The notes under the pieces are model-generated. The model worked only from the letters and a program-made list of their open reading frames with translations, searched no databases and was not told the origin of the DNA. Below are positions 25,799 to 39,600 of a stretch of DNA of 64,000 nt, piece by piece. Every line of letters begins with the position of its first letter. The stretch's first letter is position 1. This stretch comes from Pavona decussata. Its lineage: Eukaryota. The position numbers and the translations under genes are program-made. The DNA is taken from NCBI GenBank assembly GCA_977016875.1, contig CDRNST010000048.1, positions 868,001-932,000 of the forward strand, given 5' to 3'.

Positions 25799-28231
25799 GA
25801 AGAGCAAATTTTCATTTTTCGTTTTTTAACTTTAAGGTGCTTGGTAGATTCCGACTGCGAACTCAATGATCGCTTAATTCAAAAAGGTGTTAGAATCTGA
25901 ATTTAAGCCTATGATTACCAAGTGAAAGTCAATTTTGACAATCAAAACAGGTGTTTAATTTTTGAAGCTTCAAAGGTGTAAGGAGTAAACGGGAAATATG
26001 CAAATAAAAGACAGGTAGCAGTAAATGATACACTGCGTTGTGTGAATTTCTTTACATGTTCTTACCAATTTATTTTTTTTTTTCTTGTATTTTTTTAATT
26101 CAATGATGGTTACCATGTGACATTTTAAGTTTATATGCCGGATTGTTTTTTTTTTATTTGCTTGATCAAATGTTGATGTTCTTGTACGAACAATTTATCT
26201 CCACGGTATTGTACCTAACCGAAAGTGACATTTCACAATTTTATACGCCTCCGGCGCAGTGACGAAAAATTGATAAGGATTTTACTTTTTTTTTTTATTT
26301 TCATGCAGGAACAACCTGCAGATTTAATTAGGCACAAAAAATAAAAATAATAAAAAAAAAAAAACATTTTGTCATAAACCCTTTAACTCCCCCACACAAT
26401 TAATCCACAAAAGGAAACACTGTAACGTGGATATCTAATTTTACGTAGTTAATCCACAAAAAGCAAAATCTCGGATACTTGGCTCTTTAAAACTCCCGTG
26501 AATTTTTTCACAATAATAACACTTTTTTACCGCACTAGAACCTCCGTTTAATTTTTCGATCGGATTTCACGGACGGTAAAAACAATTTTCCCCGTCTCAG
26601 TTTTACACTCCGCCCTATTGGATTTATAAATAATAACAAGAAAAAATTTCCATTGAAGTCTTGTCTCAGTTTTAACTAAAGCTGTTACCCCTTGACTTGC
26701 GCACCGGGTGGTCTTAAAAACATGAAGTTCACGTGAAAATTCACTAAAAGCAAGTACACTGCAAGATAATTTCAGGGTCCCAAAGGAGGGATATTAAGGG
26801 ATCCAGAATTACCGTGGATTCCAAAACCCACTGAGTCTTTCGTTGCCTGGAGCCTTGACAAAAGAACTGAGTACTGAGTTATGGAGCGCTGGAGTTTTAA
26901 TTTTTATTTACTTCCCTTTGGTGGGGGTGTTGGGGTGGTTGAGGGGGAGTTCCAAGCCTAAACGTCTTTAAAACCTTGTAGTTTGGTGTGTGAACCAGAC
27001 TTTAACATGTAAATCAACAGAAATGTTGAGCAGGATTTTCAAAACCATCAAGTTAATTCGTTTACAGACAGAATTGTTTCCTGTCACCTCGTCATACACA
27101 AAATCCAGATCTTTAGGCCCATCTATCAAAGCAAGCGACTTTTCATGCGCCCTACATTAGAAGGAACCAAAATTGGTATCTCTCGCTACTCGGCACGCTC
27201 GGCTATAGCTGAACTCATATTCGCCGATCTCGTTTTGACGTCTGATTACAGTTACAAGTAGCCTGCGAACGCACACGTATATCCGGCTGTCGCTTCCCTC
27301 AGCCGGAAATACGTCTGTGTTCGCAGGCCTCGTCACAAGCTGCCAGGCCGCACCACCTTCCTCGCAAGGACAAGACAGTGGCGTCACAATCTGAAACGTC
27401 TGAAATCGTGCCGTGATCAAAAACACATCGCCCCTGACGCACTGGGGCTTAATTTGACTATGGTTCCCAGCGTTGATCGCTTTGTCGATCCTTGTTTCGT
27501 TGACTACGAATATTTTCTAATTGGTTCTCTTGTGCGTAAGGCAAGTTTCATTTCCTATCCCATGAAACGTTAGGACTTGCCACCAAAAGTACATGGAGGA
27601 TATTGTTCCGAACTCGGGAAGCCGGTTCGACAATTGGCGCTTGTCCTCCACAAATTTTGGCAGTTCTCTGAAGGACTTTGCAGCCTGTAAAATTTACACA
27701 TCGACTATGATTCGCCTCTAGTTACCTTGGAAAATTTACAAAACTCTTCCCTTTTAATATAAACCGTGACTGTATAAACGAGTCAGTCTGTGGTTTATTT
27801 AAGGTCAAGTCTTACCTTTTACCAAGGGAAATATACAGTCTGTATACATGTACCGCAACGTGACCGCGAAAGACTGGGCCTCAACTTCAGGCAGCCTTAC
27901 TTCCAGTTTATCTTCCTCTTGTTCATGTTGTCTTTCTCGACTTGATGTCTAAAGGCAGTAAACACGATTTTTAACTATTTATCATTGCATTTTGTTAGAG
28001 TAAAAAGAAATTGATTTACTTTTGACAACGATGAATCCGTTGATTGTCACAAAATATAGTTGGAAGGCTGTTTACAGGTTACTTGTAAGACCTTTGTGTA
28101 AAAATGGATCAACTGATTTGAGGGAAGGAGAGACCGTTTATTGTGTAGACTGTTACAGGTGATTCACAATACAAGTTTTATGTTTTGTTTCAAAGTTTCA
28201 TCACAGGAAAAGGGAAGAATACACATATTAA

Positions 28232-29144
28232 GGCTAATTTACACATACCGATTAATCGGGCCGATTTGACAAAGAAAATGAGTGAGTGGACGAAAATCGA
28301 TCGAATTAATAATAGTCTGTGGCAAAGGGGCTAAAGATTTTTGGAATCAGGCCGATTATCACACCACACTTCACCAACAGAAAAAGAGAACAGCCGACAA
28401 ATTGTAATCTGTAAATGGGCCCATGCAACTTAAAGGGGAAGTATCAAGCAAATTTGCTGTCATTTCAAAAACCCAAAAATATTTGGCTGTCAACAGAAGC
28501 AAAGAAATAATTGTCTATTAAGTTTGTTATAAATTAACTCCCCAGTGCAATAAAACTATCGATTAGTACTTCTGGTCAGAGACGGAGTAGGCCGGTATGG
28601 ATTGAAACTTCTCAAACTCAGTAATAATTCGTAAAGAGAAGAAAAGGAAATCACTACCGTGAAGGAGGTTTGGAAACGTGATCTTAATTATCATAAAATT
28701 TTGTGAACTTTTGCTTCGAATTTCTCCAAGAATTAACAATAGTTTGAGAGGGTTATATCAAACACTCGAAAGAGTGTTTCCTCCTATTTCCAAACACCTC
28801 GAAGTTGGTTAAAAAACACTCGGCTGCGCCTCGTTTTTCCAACTTACTTCTCGGTGTTTGGAAATCGGAGGAAACACTTCCTCGTGTTTGATCTATTACT
28901 TGAAAAATGTTAGGCTAATGTTTTGAAAGTACTCGCATTCTTGTTTCCAAAATGTGCTATAACAGATCACGATTTTTTCCTTTCAGGAATTGAGCTGATT
29001 TCTTTCCTCTTGTCATTCTAGAATTACTTGGCAGCTGATTGAAGGTCTTATTTCATCATTTTTAACAAAAGATACCGAAAGACCCCATGATACTTCCCCT
29101 TTAACCTACTAATCGGCCGATAAATCGTTAAGTGTAAATTAGCC
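28232..29144. mobile_element. Nested MITEs: outer GGCTAATTTACAC-TIR element, inner AGGGGAAGTATCA-TIR element (28434-29100, TTAA TSD), innermost foldback insert (~28611-28901)
   Basis: TIRs read directly from the sequence. The unit-3 paralogue (~51539-52157) lacks the innermost insert. Confidence 0.8.
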
Positions 29145-30223
29145 TTAATAATACTTTGTACAAAGATTTTTGGTATCTTACATGCAAGAGTAAGAGCTAC
29201 AGACCAGAAAACATATCAATAGAAGTAGAATTGTCGCACTTCGGAGCAGCTGTGTTGTTAACCAAGGCGACCTGGCCGCCACAAAGGCCGCATGAACCGG
29301 GAACCGAGACCCTTCCTGCATGAAAAGAGAACAAGTAAGTTGTTGCATAGCAGTCATGACATAAGCTATGTCGTTGAAAAAATTTTTGAAAGCTAATTTG
29401 AAGCTAATAGTACTAAAGGACGGTGTCTACGTTTGTTCAGTGAGCATAAGTTCTGTGCATCTCGATATACTCGGGTTTCCTATGGGTGGTAACTACTAAT
29501 ACAGGGATATATTTTGCGCGTTTTAAAACTATGCAGAGAAAGCAGAATTTAGCAAGTGCTCCTGGTATCCAAAGGAAAAGTCCTAGTCAAACCCGTGAGA
29601 CAAAATCTTTTGGAAGAATCTTTATATAATGGTAATTAAATTAGAATCAAAGTTCACGTTAAGCCAGGATTAGTTTAAGCGGCCTTTGAACAACTGGACC
29701 CTAGGTAAAAACTGGAGACATTGTGGAGGTGGAGCAAAGTTTCTTGTCTAAGGAAACAACACGACCGCAGCACAATAATCACTACACCACCGCTCTTCTA
29801 CCTGATATCGAAAGTCATGCCTCTATTTTAGTTTTTACAATAACTTTCAAAATTCCCGCTTGCTGAGTGGCTCAAAGCTATTGTCAATAAGAGTACAAAC
29901 AATAATCAATGGCTCCTGCGAGCCAACTCGTGTTTGCAGAAGTAAATCGTGGCAAGGTATAAAACATTGTTTGCATTGTGTTTGGTTAGCCGAGGAATCG
30001 AAAAATGAGCCATAAAGGGTTAATAAGGGGCCTCACTGGCATTTTATTCCGTATCCTAGGCCAGTTCAACTACATTTTTAGCCGTTGTCCTCAGCAAGAT
30101 TGATCTCCTTGAATATTTTTGTATTTGTAAGAAAGGGTTTAATTTTAAAAGTTGTATGGAAGCTTTGGATTGGTTGGCTTTTTTAAAAGCCCCCCCCCCC
30201 CCCCCCAAAAAAAAAAAAAAATT

Positions 30224-30296
30224 CTCCGTTACCTCTGGAATCGAACCCGAGACCCTTTGCATCTAAGCCAGCGAGCTACGCCATTAGACAACTTCT
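30224..30296 (-). other. tRNA-derived (SINE-head/pseudo-tRNA) sequence; paralogue ~53425-53500
   Basis: Perfect B-box GGTTCGATTCC (30247-30237), an A-box-like segment and a downstream oligo-T run on the minus strand. No convincing acceptor stem. Confidence 0.5.
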
Positions 30297-30301
30297 GAAG
30301 G

Positions 30302-30357
<56 letters not shown>

Positions 30358-30380
30358 GTCAATCAATCAATCAATCAATC
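30302..30380. repeat. (AATC)n microsatellite (also 53703-53794)
   Basis: Read directly. It abuts TTTATT, consistent with a (GATT)n LINE/SINE tail on the minus strand. Confidence 0.95.
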
Positions 30381-31129
30381 TTTATTTGTATACGTTAAGA
30401 AGTAAAAGCTTAACAACTGTGGGGTCGTGTAACAAATAAATTGAGTTCAACTAAATTACAATACGTACATGAATACGATAAATTATATTAGAAAACTATC
30501 GATCAATAAAATCCTCAAACGCGTTTTGCGATGTTTGAACGTACACGACTTTGCAAACTAAAAATTGCCGTGGTAATACGCCTTTTAACGAAAAACTAAG
30601 AAAAAAGCGCAAACATGCTTTCGGATGTCGCAGCTTTTTTGAAATTGGAATCGAGTATTATCTCGTATTTTCTTTTTGAATTTCTTCACAGCATATTTAT
30701 TTTACAAAACAAAAGTAATTGTTTTTTTTTTTTTTATTTCATATGTTATAGTTTATTGTTCAGCGTACCAGAACGATTTAAGGTGGCTGAGCTTTATTTT
30801 TTTAAAGTTTAGATTTTCAACAACAACAACAACAACAACTTTATTTTACCCCTACAGAGAACTACAGCTGAAATGACATAAAATAGAAAATAAAATAGAA
30901 ACGGGGTATTGGCTTTGTAAAATAACTTGAGAGTTAAAGAACAAGGAAGCCAATTAACATGAAATAAATTACAATATTGAGGCCGGAAAACACAGAGAAA
31001 AGAGACAACAAACACAACAGAGACAAAAACACGCACACCAGTATCTACCTAAGAAAATAAATAAATCAAGCTTAAAACAGCAAATAAATCATGGAAAATC
31101 ATGAAATAAAAATGAAATTGACAAGATCA

Positions 31130-31345
31130 GAATAAGAACCAACATAAATATTTGCTTAGCAGTTCTCCTTTTAGATTTTCTTTAAATTTTCTACAGGAGG
31201 TTGACTTCACATTTTTACCTAAAGAATTACACACTTTTGGTCCCTGAAAACTAATGTACATATTCAATAATTTGTTCTTGCTCGAGGCAGATAATATGAT
31301 TGATTTGCTGCACTTCTTGTTTTATAAGTATTAACATCAGCTATT
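31130..31345 (-). mobile_element. CR1/L2-type LINE 3' remnant (paralogue ~54450-54670)
   Basis: The minus strand reads YKTRSAANQSYYLPRARTN...ISFQGPKVCNSL, typical of the RT C-terminus of this clade. Confidence 0.6.
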
Positions 31346-34300
31346 AAAATAAAAAAAGGTATCAAAATAAGAGAGGTATCTCATGTAACAGATTTTAAAT
31401 AGATTACTCTTGTACTATTCATGACGATTTTTGCTTTTACAAGGATTTGACCAATTTTTACTTTATTCTTAAGAATGCCTTTGTTTCCTAGTCTCTGCTT
31501 AGCTAATGCCATCGAATTATTTCTACCAAGAAAATTCGGCCGCAAAATGCCAAGTATTCTGGGTTTGTGATCATGATACACATAGAACTTAAGGAGTGAA
31601 ATGCAATATGTTATTTCGCAAGATTATCCTTTCACGCCGTAGTATCTGGTGTCGACATCTTCGCGTGTATCAAAACCCAGTAAGAGTGGGAAAAGAAGTG
31701 TGCACTGTCCGTTCCGGAGTTCAACTGGATACTGCGGACGAGTTTTTGAATTTTCATTTAATCAGAAAATGGAGTCGGTCAAAAGAAAGATCACATTAAA
31801 AGTAGTCAGTTTACCAAGTTTGAGGTTCTGTCGTTAGATTGCAGCCATGTAGAAGGCTTTCCGATATCGGAAAAATTAGAGACTTTATATGGATTCGGGG
31901 GAAGCCATCTCAGAATTAGAGAAATATGTAGGAATTTTGGCGACCTTTGACAGCCTGGTTACTACGCAATGGAATGTAACCAAACTGGGTAAACTTTGTG
32001 ATTTTTATGTGATCTTTCTAGATCTGGCAATAGGGTTCATTTCTTCATATCGCTCAATTTGAACAATTTGTAATCTAGGGCCCATGCCTTTATGAGCTTC
32101 GGAACGGGCAGTTGGTTGTACTCGCATCGCAACCCCTAAAGACTGGATAACGGCACAATGCCATCTGTAACAGTGACTACTTTAGAGAACTTATATATCC
32201 AGGATGGTAATCCAAGGAAAATATATACGTTCTTCAAAACCTCTGGAATCAAGCCATTTTACAATGAAGTTGTGTCGATAGCGACAAAGAAATGCACCAA
32301 ACTGTATAACGCAGACGCAGAACCATTGTTTAGCGCAGTAATTTTTTTGGTGACTACCTCGTTGCCATTCTTTCCATGGGTTTTAGGAGGGTGACTCATT
32401 TTGCTAGTGCGCATACGTTCTGCGCATCTCCAGATGGTTCGAGAACCTCTAATTTCTGAAGGACGGTGCCTTCTAATTTAAAAGTTTGCGATTGCGCGAT
32501 TCATGATTATACAGGAAAGGAAGATGTTAGCAAGGTCTATTGAAATAAAAAAAGAAGACTGGTGGTAACCACGCCTTTTTTTTTTAGAGATAATCAAGTT
32601 TAAATATGGAAGAAATTTCACTCATTGTTATGTTAACTTTTTTAACTAAGGCTTTTTAGAGTTATTGCTGCTTTAGTATCTCTGAAAAATGCGTGGTTAC
32701 CCCTAATTTTCTTTTTAGATTCCAATACCCCTTTGTAAGATCTCCATTTTCCACATTGTCATTCTCTGTATTAGGAAACACCGTCCTTAAGGCCTCTTTT
32801 ATCACGGGTTAACAGCTAGATCCGTGTCTTTCAAGTAGTCTGCTATAGCATCCAGAATCTCTAGCAGCAAATCTCGGCTTAGTCTTCTGAGCTTCGGAGA
32901 TTTTGCAACCTTCAGTGGGAGAGAGAAAAAAAAAAAGAGAGAAATAGTCAGTTGAATCATGCAGTGTAACATGCAGCTGGTATCTTTTGTTATTTCTCGT
33001 GGGAAGAACAAACTATCATGAGTTTTTTTCTTTGGGCAATTTCTCCACAATAAGCTAAAATACTGGGTAAACTTGGAAACATTGGCCCATTTTTTTCAAA
33101 TTGCAGTCCATTTCAAACCTAACCATCCGCAGTCAAAGGTAATAAATACTACTTTCTGTGCACTAGTAGGGTAATTAACAAATATGAATCATTATTTTAA
33201 CGTTTCCATCGATACAAATGTTTTTTGCTCATTCAAAGTGACACTAAAAATAGGTGATACTTCTCCTTTAAGGACAGTACCTCCTAATACAAAGTCATTT
33301 TGGCGCAGTTTATAGATATGCGGGAAGAGCTGATCCTCACAAGAACTATTGGAATACAAGAGAAAATGGGAGGGTAGCTACGCTTTTTCAGAGATAATTT
33401 TAGACCAACAATAATTCTAAAAATCTTAAAAATACATAACAATGTAGAGCATTTTCCCAAATTGAAGCTAAATTCTCTTTGAAAAATGCGTGAATACCCT
33501 CAATTTTCGTTTTGGATTCGAACAGCCCTTGCTGAGATCTGCTTTTCCTGCATTTTTCCCCTGAAAGTTTGATTTAAGATGTTCACGGTTTCTGCACTCG
33601 CACAGTGAAGCGCAGCAAACGGGAAGCCTAAAGGAATACCTTATTGGTCTTGTTAGCAAATGAAAGTAGCTCTGTCAAACACAAATTTAAATGAAATTTT
33701 AGTCAGTGGTAGTAACTTTCCACTTTCTACCAAAGTGCCTGAGAACTAGTTACCTTAGTAAAATGTCCGACAACAAGGTCGAGTGCATGCTTCTTCATGT
33801 CCGAAGCGCCGATCCTATGAGCCGCTTCAAGAATCTAATGAAAAATAATAAGAATCGTATAATAAGTTGTTTGTTATCAAGTAGTGAGATCTTGTTTCAC
33901 CGATTAAAACACCAGATCCCAGTTGTACTCGGCTATGCGTGGGAGACGAAGAACAGTTTGAAACAAACTAAATACCCGATGTAAGCGGCAGACTATCAGT
34001 TCTGAGTCTTAGTTAGAGAAACCTGACACTTCATTTTTTGAGAAGATATTTGTGGAAAACTGAATGCCTTGTCCTACAACCGTTTCAGAGACAGCGCGCC
34101 TTGCCATCCATATATCTTACCCCTTGGCCTGAGAGGAGAACTAGTCGAGAATGAGGCACCCTGGTATCGTGAAAGCCGCATCCCCCTCCCCCCCCCCCCC
34201 CCCCCTTCCCCAATGGGTATCACACGATCGTCATATGTGAGCAAAGTGATTTGGCTTGTAACTCAGAGCTCGCATGAACCAATCCAGCGAAATCTACGTT

Positions 34301-34789
34301 ATGGAGTTTCACGGTAGCCCAATGGATGGGACCAAAATTCTCAGTCCGTGACCGTCAAGTCCAAAAATGTTTTTTCAGCCCTCAGCGTTCTTTACAGGGA
34401 CTCTCTGTATTCGCTAAAATAAACAGTTGTGATAGTAATAGCGCCCTTTCCTTACCTCGACTACATTTTCAAACGAGACATTCATTTCCAGATTCTGTTT
34501 ACAGAAGGCCTGAAAACGTTATCGAGTAATTTCATTAAATAACATCAAGAAGAAAACAGCTGTTAGAAAAGACTAAATTGTAAACCCTGTAAGGGATTAT
34601 ACAGACCTGTAGTCGATTGTTAGTGAAGTCAAAGAAATAAGGAGCTGACAGAAGATATCTTGCATACAAGGTCAAGGAAAATTTCTTAATTTGATACCTT
34701 AAGACTATAATTAAGAAATTAGTTACGAAATTAGTGAGCGCGAGTTCAATGGAGCAGGCTTGTTATTACGAAGCAATGAGTTCAGTTAA

Positions 34790-35737
34790 GGAGGCTCGCG
34801 GCAGTTTTTCTGGACTTAGGGTGGAGGTTTTGAAATTACAATCTCCCATACAAGATAAACTTCGATCTCCTTCATACTATATCATCATTTCAACATATGA
34901 TCAAAGGTAAAATTTACAGTGGAAGACTTATGTAAATTTTACCTTTTGCACGACTTCACGTAATCATAAATATTCACGGCACGTGAACGGCAGTGGAATA
35001 CACTGGATAAACAAAATAAAACTCATGTTCGAAGAAAGCAAATAATGACTGAAACTTGACCAAGATTCAGCCTTCTTATTTAACACCGGTTTCAGTTCTT
35101 AAGCCTAACACTTGCTTGAATATCGAAAAGAATTGTTACTCTAACCGCTTGTAATTTGACAGAAAAATCTGTCAGGGTATTTTAAAGATATCTCGATTGA
35201 TGCAAAGTAGGAACTTTTTCATTCATCCGCGCTTTATTTTAACTGTTTTTAAACATAAATATCTTAAAATCGGAGACACCCATGAAGCTTAATATACATT
35301 TAGAATGGTTTGCTATGAAGAATGACCTTTTAATAGTAAAGACAAAGTGTCAAGTTTTATTTTGCCGTAGATATTGGTGAAAAATGCGGGAATAAACAAA
35401 ATCACCCCAGAAAAAACTGGATTCATTATTTACTTGAAAACGCTCTTACAGATTTTTTCTAATTTCGCCTACAAGTTGTCTAGATTGAATAGTTTAAATC
35501 CCTAAAGTTTCGTCATAAAGTGTCTGACTAGATTTCGAGATAATCGACAATGTTTAAAAAGAGAGGCTATGCGCTTCCGTTGCTATGGTAATGGCTGTTG
35601 CTTGGAAACCGATGAGAAAACTTTGATCATATGTTGAAATGATGATGTAGTATGAAGGAGATCGAAGTTTATCTTGTGTGCGAGATTGTAATTACATAAT
35701 TTCCACCGTGAGTCCAGAAAAACTGCCGCGAGCCTCC
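34790..35737. mobile_element. Complete copy of the same element (948 bp)
   Basis: TTAA|GGAGGCTCGCGGCAG...CTGCCGCGAGCCTCC|TTAA. The empty TTAA site is seen in copy C near 59378. Confidence 0.9.
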
Positions 35738-38700
35738 TTAAGGTTATGCAATTGACGTTAATCCGAGACTTTAAATCTAACAGAGTTAATTGAAAAAGTT
35801 ATGCACTGGAAGTGCAGATGAACCCCTCCTCAAGGATATCTTCGCAAAACGAAACAACATACGTTGAATACCTTAAAAAAGTTGTTCCGTGCAAATACCT
35901 TTTTTATCTAACAACATTTCTTCAATCAAGTGCATTTAAGAAACGTAACTCACGAAGGATACAGTGAGTCCTCAGGTGGCATAGACACATCTCCATGATA
36001 AATATAAAGAAGGAGAGAGTTGAAAGCTTCTCGCGAAGGAATTGTCTCACCAATGGTAATCTTTATGAGGAAAAAAGACGGTTAACGGTTTACGCGTGTG
36101 CTCAACAAAACAAACACAAATGAAACAATAACAAATCATAAATCAGAACTCAATGAGAAAACAATGGAACTTATTATGATGAAGGCGATGTCTGCATCAA
36201 GTGTCGCAAAGAGTAAGTTGGTGTATAATTCTCCCTCCCCTTCTCCCACTCCCCACCCCTTACGTTTGCTGGTGCCTATTTAACACCTGGGCTCAGTTGT
36301 TCGATAGTCGGTAAGCATTAAACCGAGAGAAAACAGTTAGGGAAGTGGTCAAATAAAACTACTATTTTCAAGTGGGGCCCACCAAACCACAAAATAGATC
36401 AGGTGGTCTCTGCCTGCACCCCTTCTTCCTCAACCTGTGAGAAAGACAATGAGATTCACGCATCACTTTTCTTGTTTGTCTAGCAATGCTGACTCTTTCT
36501 AGCTTAATATTTCTGTGCAAACGCAAATTTTAAAGCCAATAAAACTTTGTCGGTAATGTTCATCAGGTAGGTGGGGTCTTCCATAACCCCTCTATCCCAG
36601 ACAAGGTGAGTCATCTTAGCCTGTTTCAAGCGTTCAGACGGTTGGCGAGCAGCGACAATTGGCGAGGGAACGATTAAAGTAATTCTACCTACCGTGACTG
36701 TGTTGTTCTCTGGCATAAATGATCGAAACATTGCCTCAAAATAACTAAACAGAAAGAAAAAGAGCAAGGTTCAAAAACTAAATGTGTATGGTATGTAATC
36801 CTACTCAAAACTTTCAGGGTGACGAGACAATACACACCAGAACATGACAAGATTAAAAGGAATTTGTCGAAAACAAAACTATACTTTTAGTAATCACTAT
36901 AATAGGCACAGTTTAGTTTTCGTCTCATATGTTTCTTGTATTCATGGTAATAAGAACATGTAATAAAGAAGTTATTCCCTCAGCCAACCTACCTACACCT
37001 TGCAGCCAAGACCGCCTAGAAGGAAAAAATGGTAGATAGTCATTCACCTCATAAATCTTTTACAAGAGGCAAACATAGGCACGCATCGCGCACAGAACTG
37101 ATGGCGTTTACTGAAAAGTGGTCTATTGTTGAAGAGTCCGTCAAAGCTCAAAGATGATAAAATGTTCGTGAGTTTGTGAGTTAACTAACTCATTTCACGA
37201 TTTACTAAAACACGTTTCAAGTCTTTTATGTGGAGACAAGTCGGCAATGGGTGTCTTTGTTTTCTCTTTGAATGCGTGATATTACCTTTTGGTTCCTAAA
37301 ACATTATTTTTAGCAAATCATAAAATGATTCAGTAAACTGACAACCGACTCACAAAAAAAACTTACAGGCTTTTAAAGCTCTCAAAGTAAAAATCTTATA
37401 TTAACGGACTTTTATGATTTTGTCTTTTCGTTTGACCGCGGTTAAGGTCACGTGCNNNNNNNNNNNNNNNNNNNNNNNNNNNNNNNNNNNNNNNNNNNNN
37501 NNNNNNNNNNNNNNNNNNNNNNNNNNNNNNNNNNNNNNNNNNNNNNNNNNNNNNNNNNNNNNNNNNNNNNNNNNNNNNNNNNNNNNNNNNNNNNNNNNNN
37601 NNATGATGCCTATTATTTGATGTAAATGTCAGCTGACCACCCAGTATAATCTGTGAGTACAATTCATGCAAATAAACAAAACAACACGCTCGGTCAGTCA
37701 AATGTCTATTAAGAAGAAATTTTCTCCGGTCACGCAGAGAAGTGAATCTAAATCCTACGAGTTTCAGTTGGCTGAACATGGTTAAAAGTGATCACAACGT
37801 TTGTGTTTTAAGTATTACACACTGTTGAACTGAAATTTGGCAGGGTTATTGTAATGGAATAGTTACTTTAAACAAACATTTTCGACACACACACACAAAA
37901 ATAAAGGTTCTGGGATAGTGATACTCGTTTTGCCTTGCCAACGAACCACCAACGAGTGCCGTTAACTGACAAAACATACATCTGCTACATTATTTTTTAT
38001 TTATATCTTCTTTGTGGAGACGCCATTGTTAAAGCGTGCCTTGACAAAAAGACAGAGCTGTTCCATTACAGTCATTACATTTCCAAAATGAAGGTGTGTC
38101 TTCGGACGTATTTCTTTGTAACTTAGGGTGGACGCCAAAAATTTCGGCAACCTGTTTAACCGGATGAGCAAATACTCACGTACTTTATGTGCCCCGATTG
38201 CTTCGCCGTCCACCATCAGCGTGATGTCATGAAAGTCTTGGCCGCGCGCTCCCTGAAGAAAGTCCAACATGTCTTGTTGTAAGGTTTTCTCTGCAAAATA
38301 TAAGAAGAAACTGCAAGGTGAGCGAGAACATGGTAAAATGTCTGCAGTTTGAAAAATAGCGTTCTCTAGCGTACTTGGATGCGTCGACCGACACTGGTTG
38401 TCTCCTGGAATGAGGGCACTTGCCTAAAAAAGGAAACGAAAACTGATTTTAATTAAAATATAATATTACCTCTTTCATTTCTGATACAAACTTCAGTTAA
38501 TAGGGACCTTATGAAAACACGACGGCGACGGCAACGGCAACGTGAAAAAACAAAAGATTTAATGAGCGAAACAATGGCTCCGCACGTGTGTTAAAAAGTT
38601 AGTACATCGTCGGCCACACAACGCCGTGAAATAACCAAATACAAAGTTTAAAGGAGAACGTAAACACCAGACGGTAACTGTTTCGTTGTTTTTTTCCTTA

Positions 38701-38864
38701 CTTGAACACCGTTGTAACTAACCATGCTCCTGGTTATTGAGTTTACACTGTACAAGTTGAACGGGTTGGAATAATCACAAAGTAGATCAGATAACGCGAG
38801 TATTTATTTCTAAGTGACATTTCGGTTGACTCTGCCGTCGTGCTTTCGTAAGATGCCTAATGTA

Positions 38865-39600
38865 ACGTAAACTTAACTTTCGATTCTGTAAACGACATCC
38901 TGAAGTGTGACCATTCAAATGAAAGCTTTTGAGCAATACTCTCCTCTAGTGCTGTTGATTATGCTGCACAAGGTGGTTCTAGCTTTTGGGTCTGTGGGCG
39001 AAATTTTAAAGTGTGACCACTCAAATCCGAATGCATGCTACTGAGCAGTACTTTCCTGTGGTGCTGCTTACTACGTTGAACAAGGTGGTTCTAACTTTTG
39101 AGTCTCTGTATGAAATCCTAAAGTACGACCATTCAAATGAAAGCTACTGAGCAGTACTTTCCGGAAGTTTGGTTAATAATGCTGAACAAGGTGGTTCTAA
39201 CGTTTGAGTCGTTGTGTGAAATCCAGAAGTGTGACCATTCAAATGAAAGCTACTGAGCAGTACTTTCCGGAAGTTTGGTTAATAATGCTGAACAAGGTGG
39301 TTCTTATGTTTGAGTCTTTGTGTGAAATCCTGAAGTGTGACCATTCAAATGAAAGCTACTGAGCAGTACTTTCCCGAAGTTTGGTTAATAATGCTAAACA
39401 AGGTGGTTCTAACGTTTGAGTCTTTGGGTGCAATCCTGAAGTGTGATGATTAAAATGAAACCCATTGAGCAGAGCGTTCCTGAATCTGCAGATAAAATCC
39501 TAAACCGCTGTGACCATTCAAAAGAAGGCTCCTGAGCAGTGCCTTCAGTGGTTTTAGCTTTATGTCCGTGAAAAAAATTCTAAAGTGCCACCATTCAAAC
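38865..39600. repeat. Same 106-bp tandem repeat in unit 2
   Basis: Near-identical to 16010-16745. Confidence 0.9.

Noticed and set aside
30224-30296. Functional tRNA gene
   Set aside because: A B-box is present, but acceptor and anticodon stems do not pair convincingly and the paralogue at ~53.4 kb has diverged freely. tRNAscan-SE would settle it.
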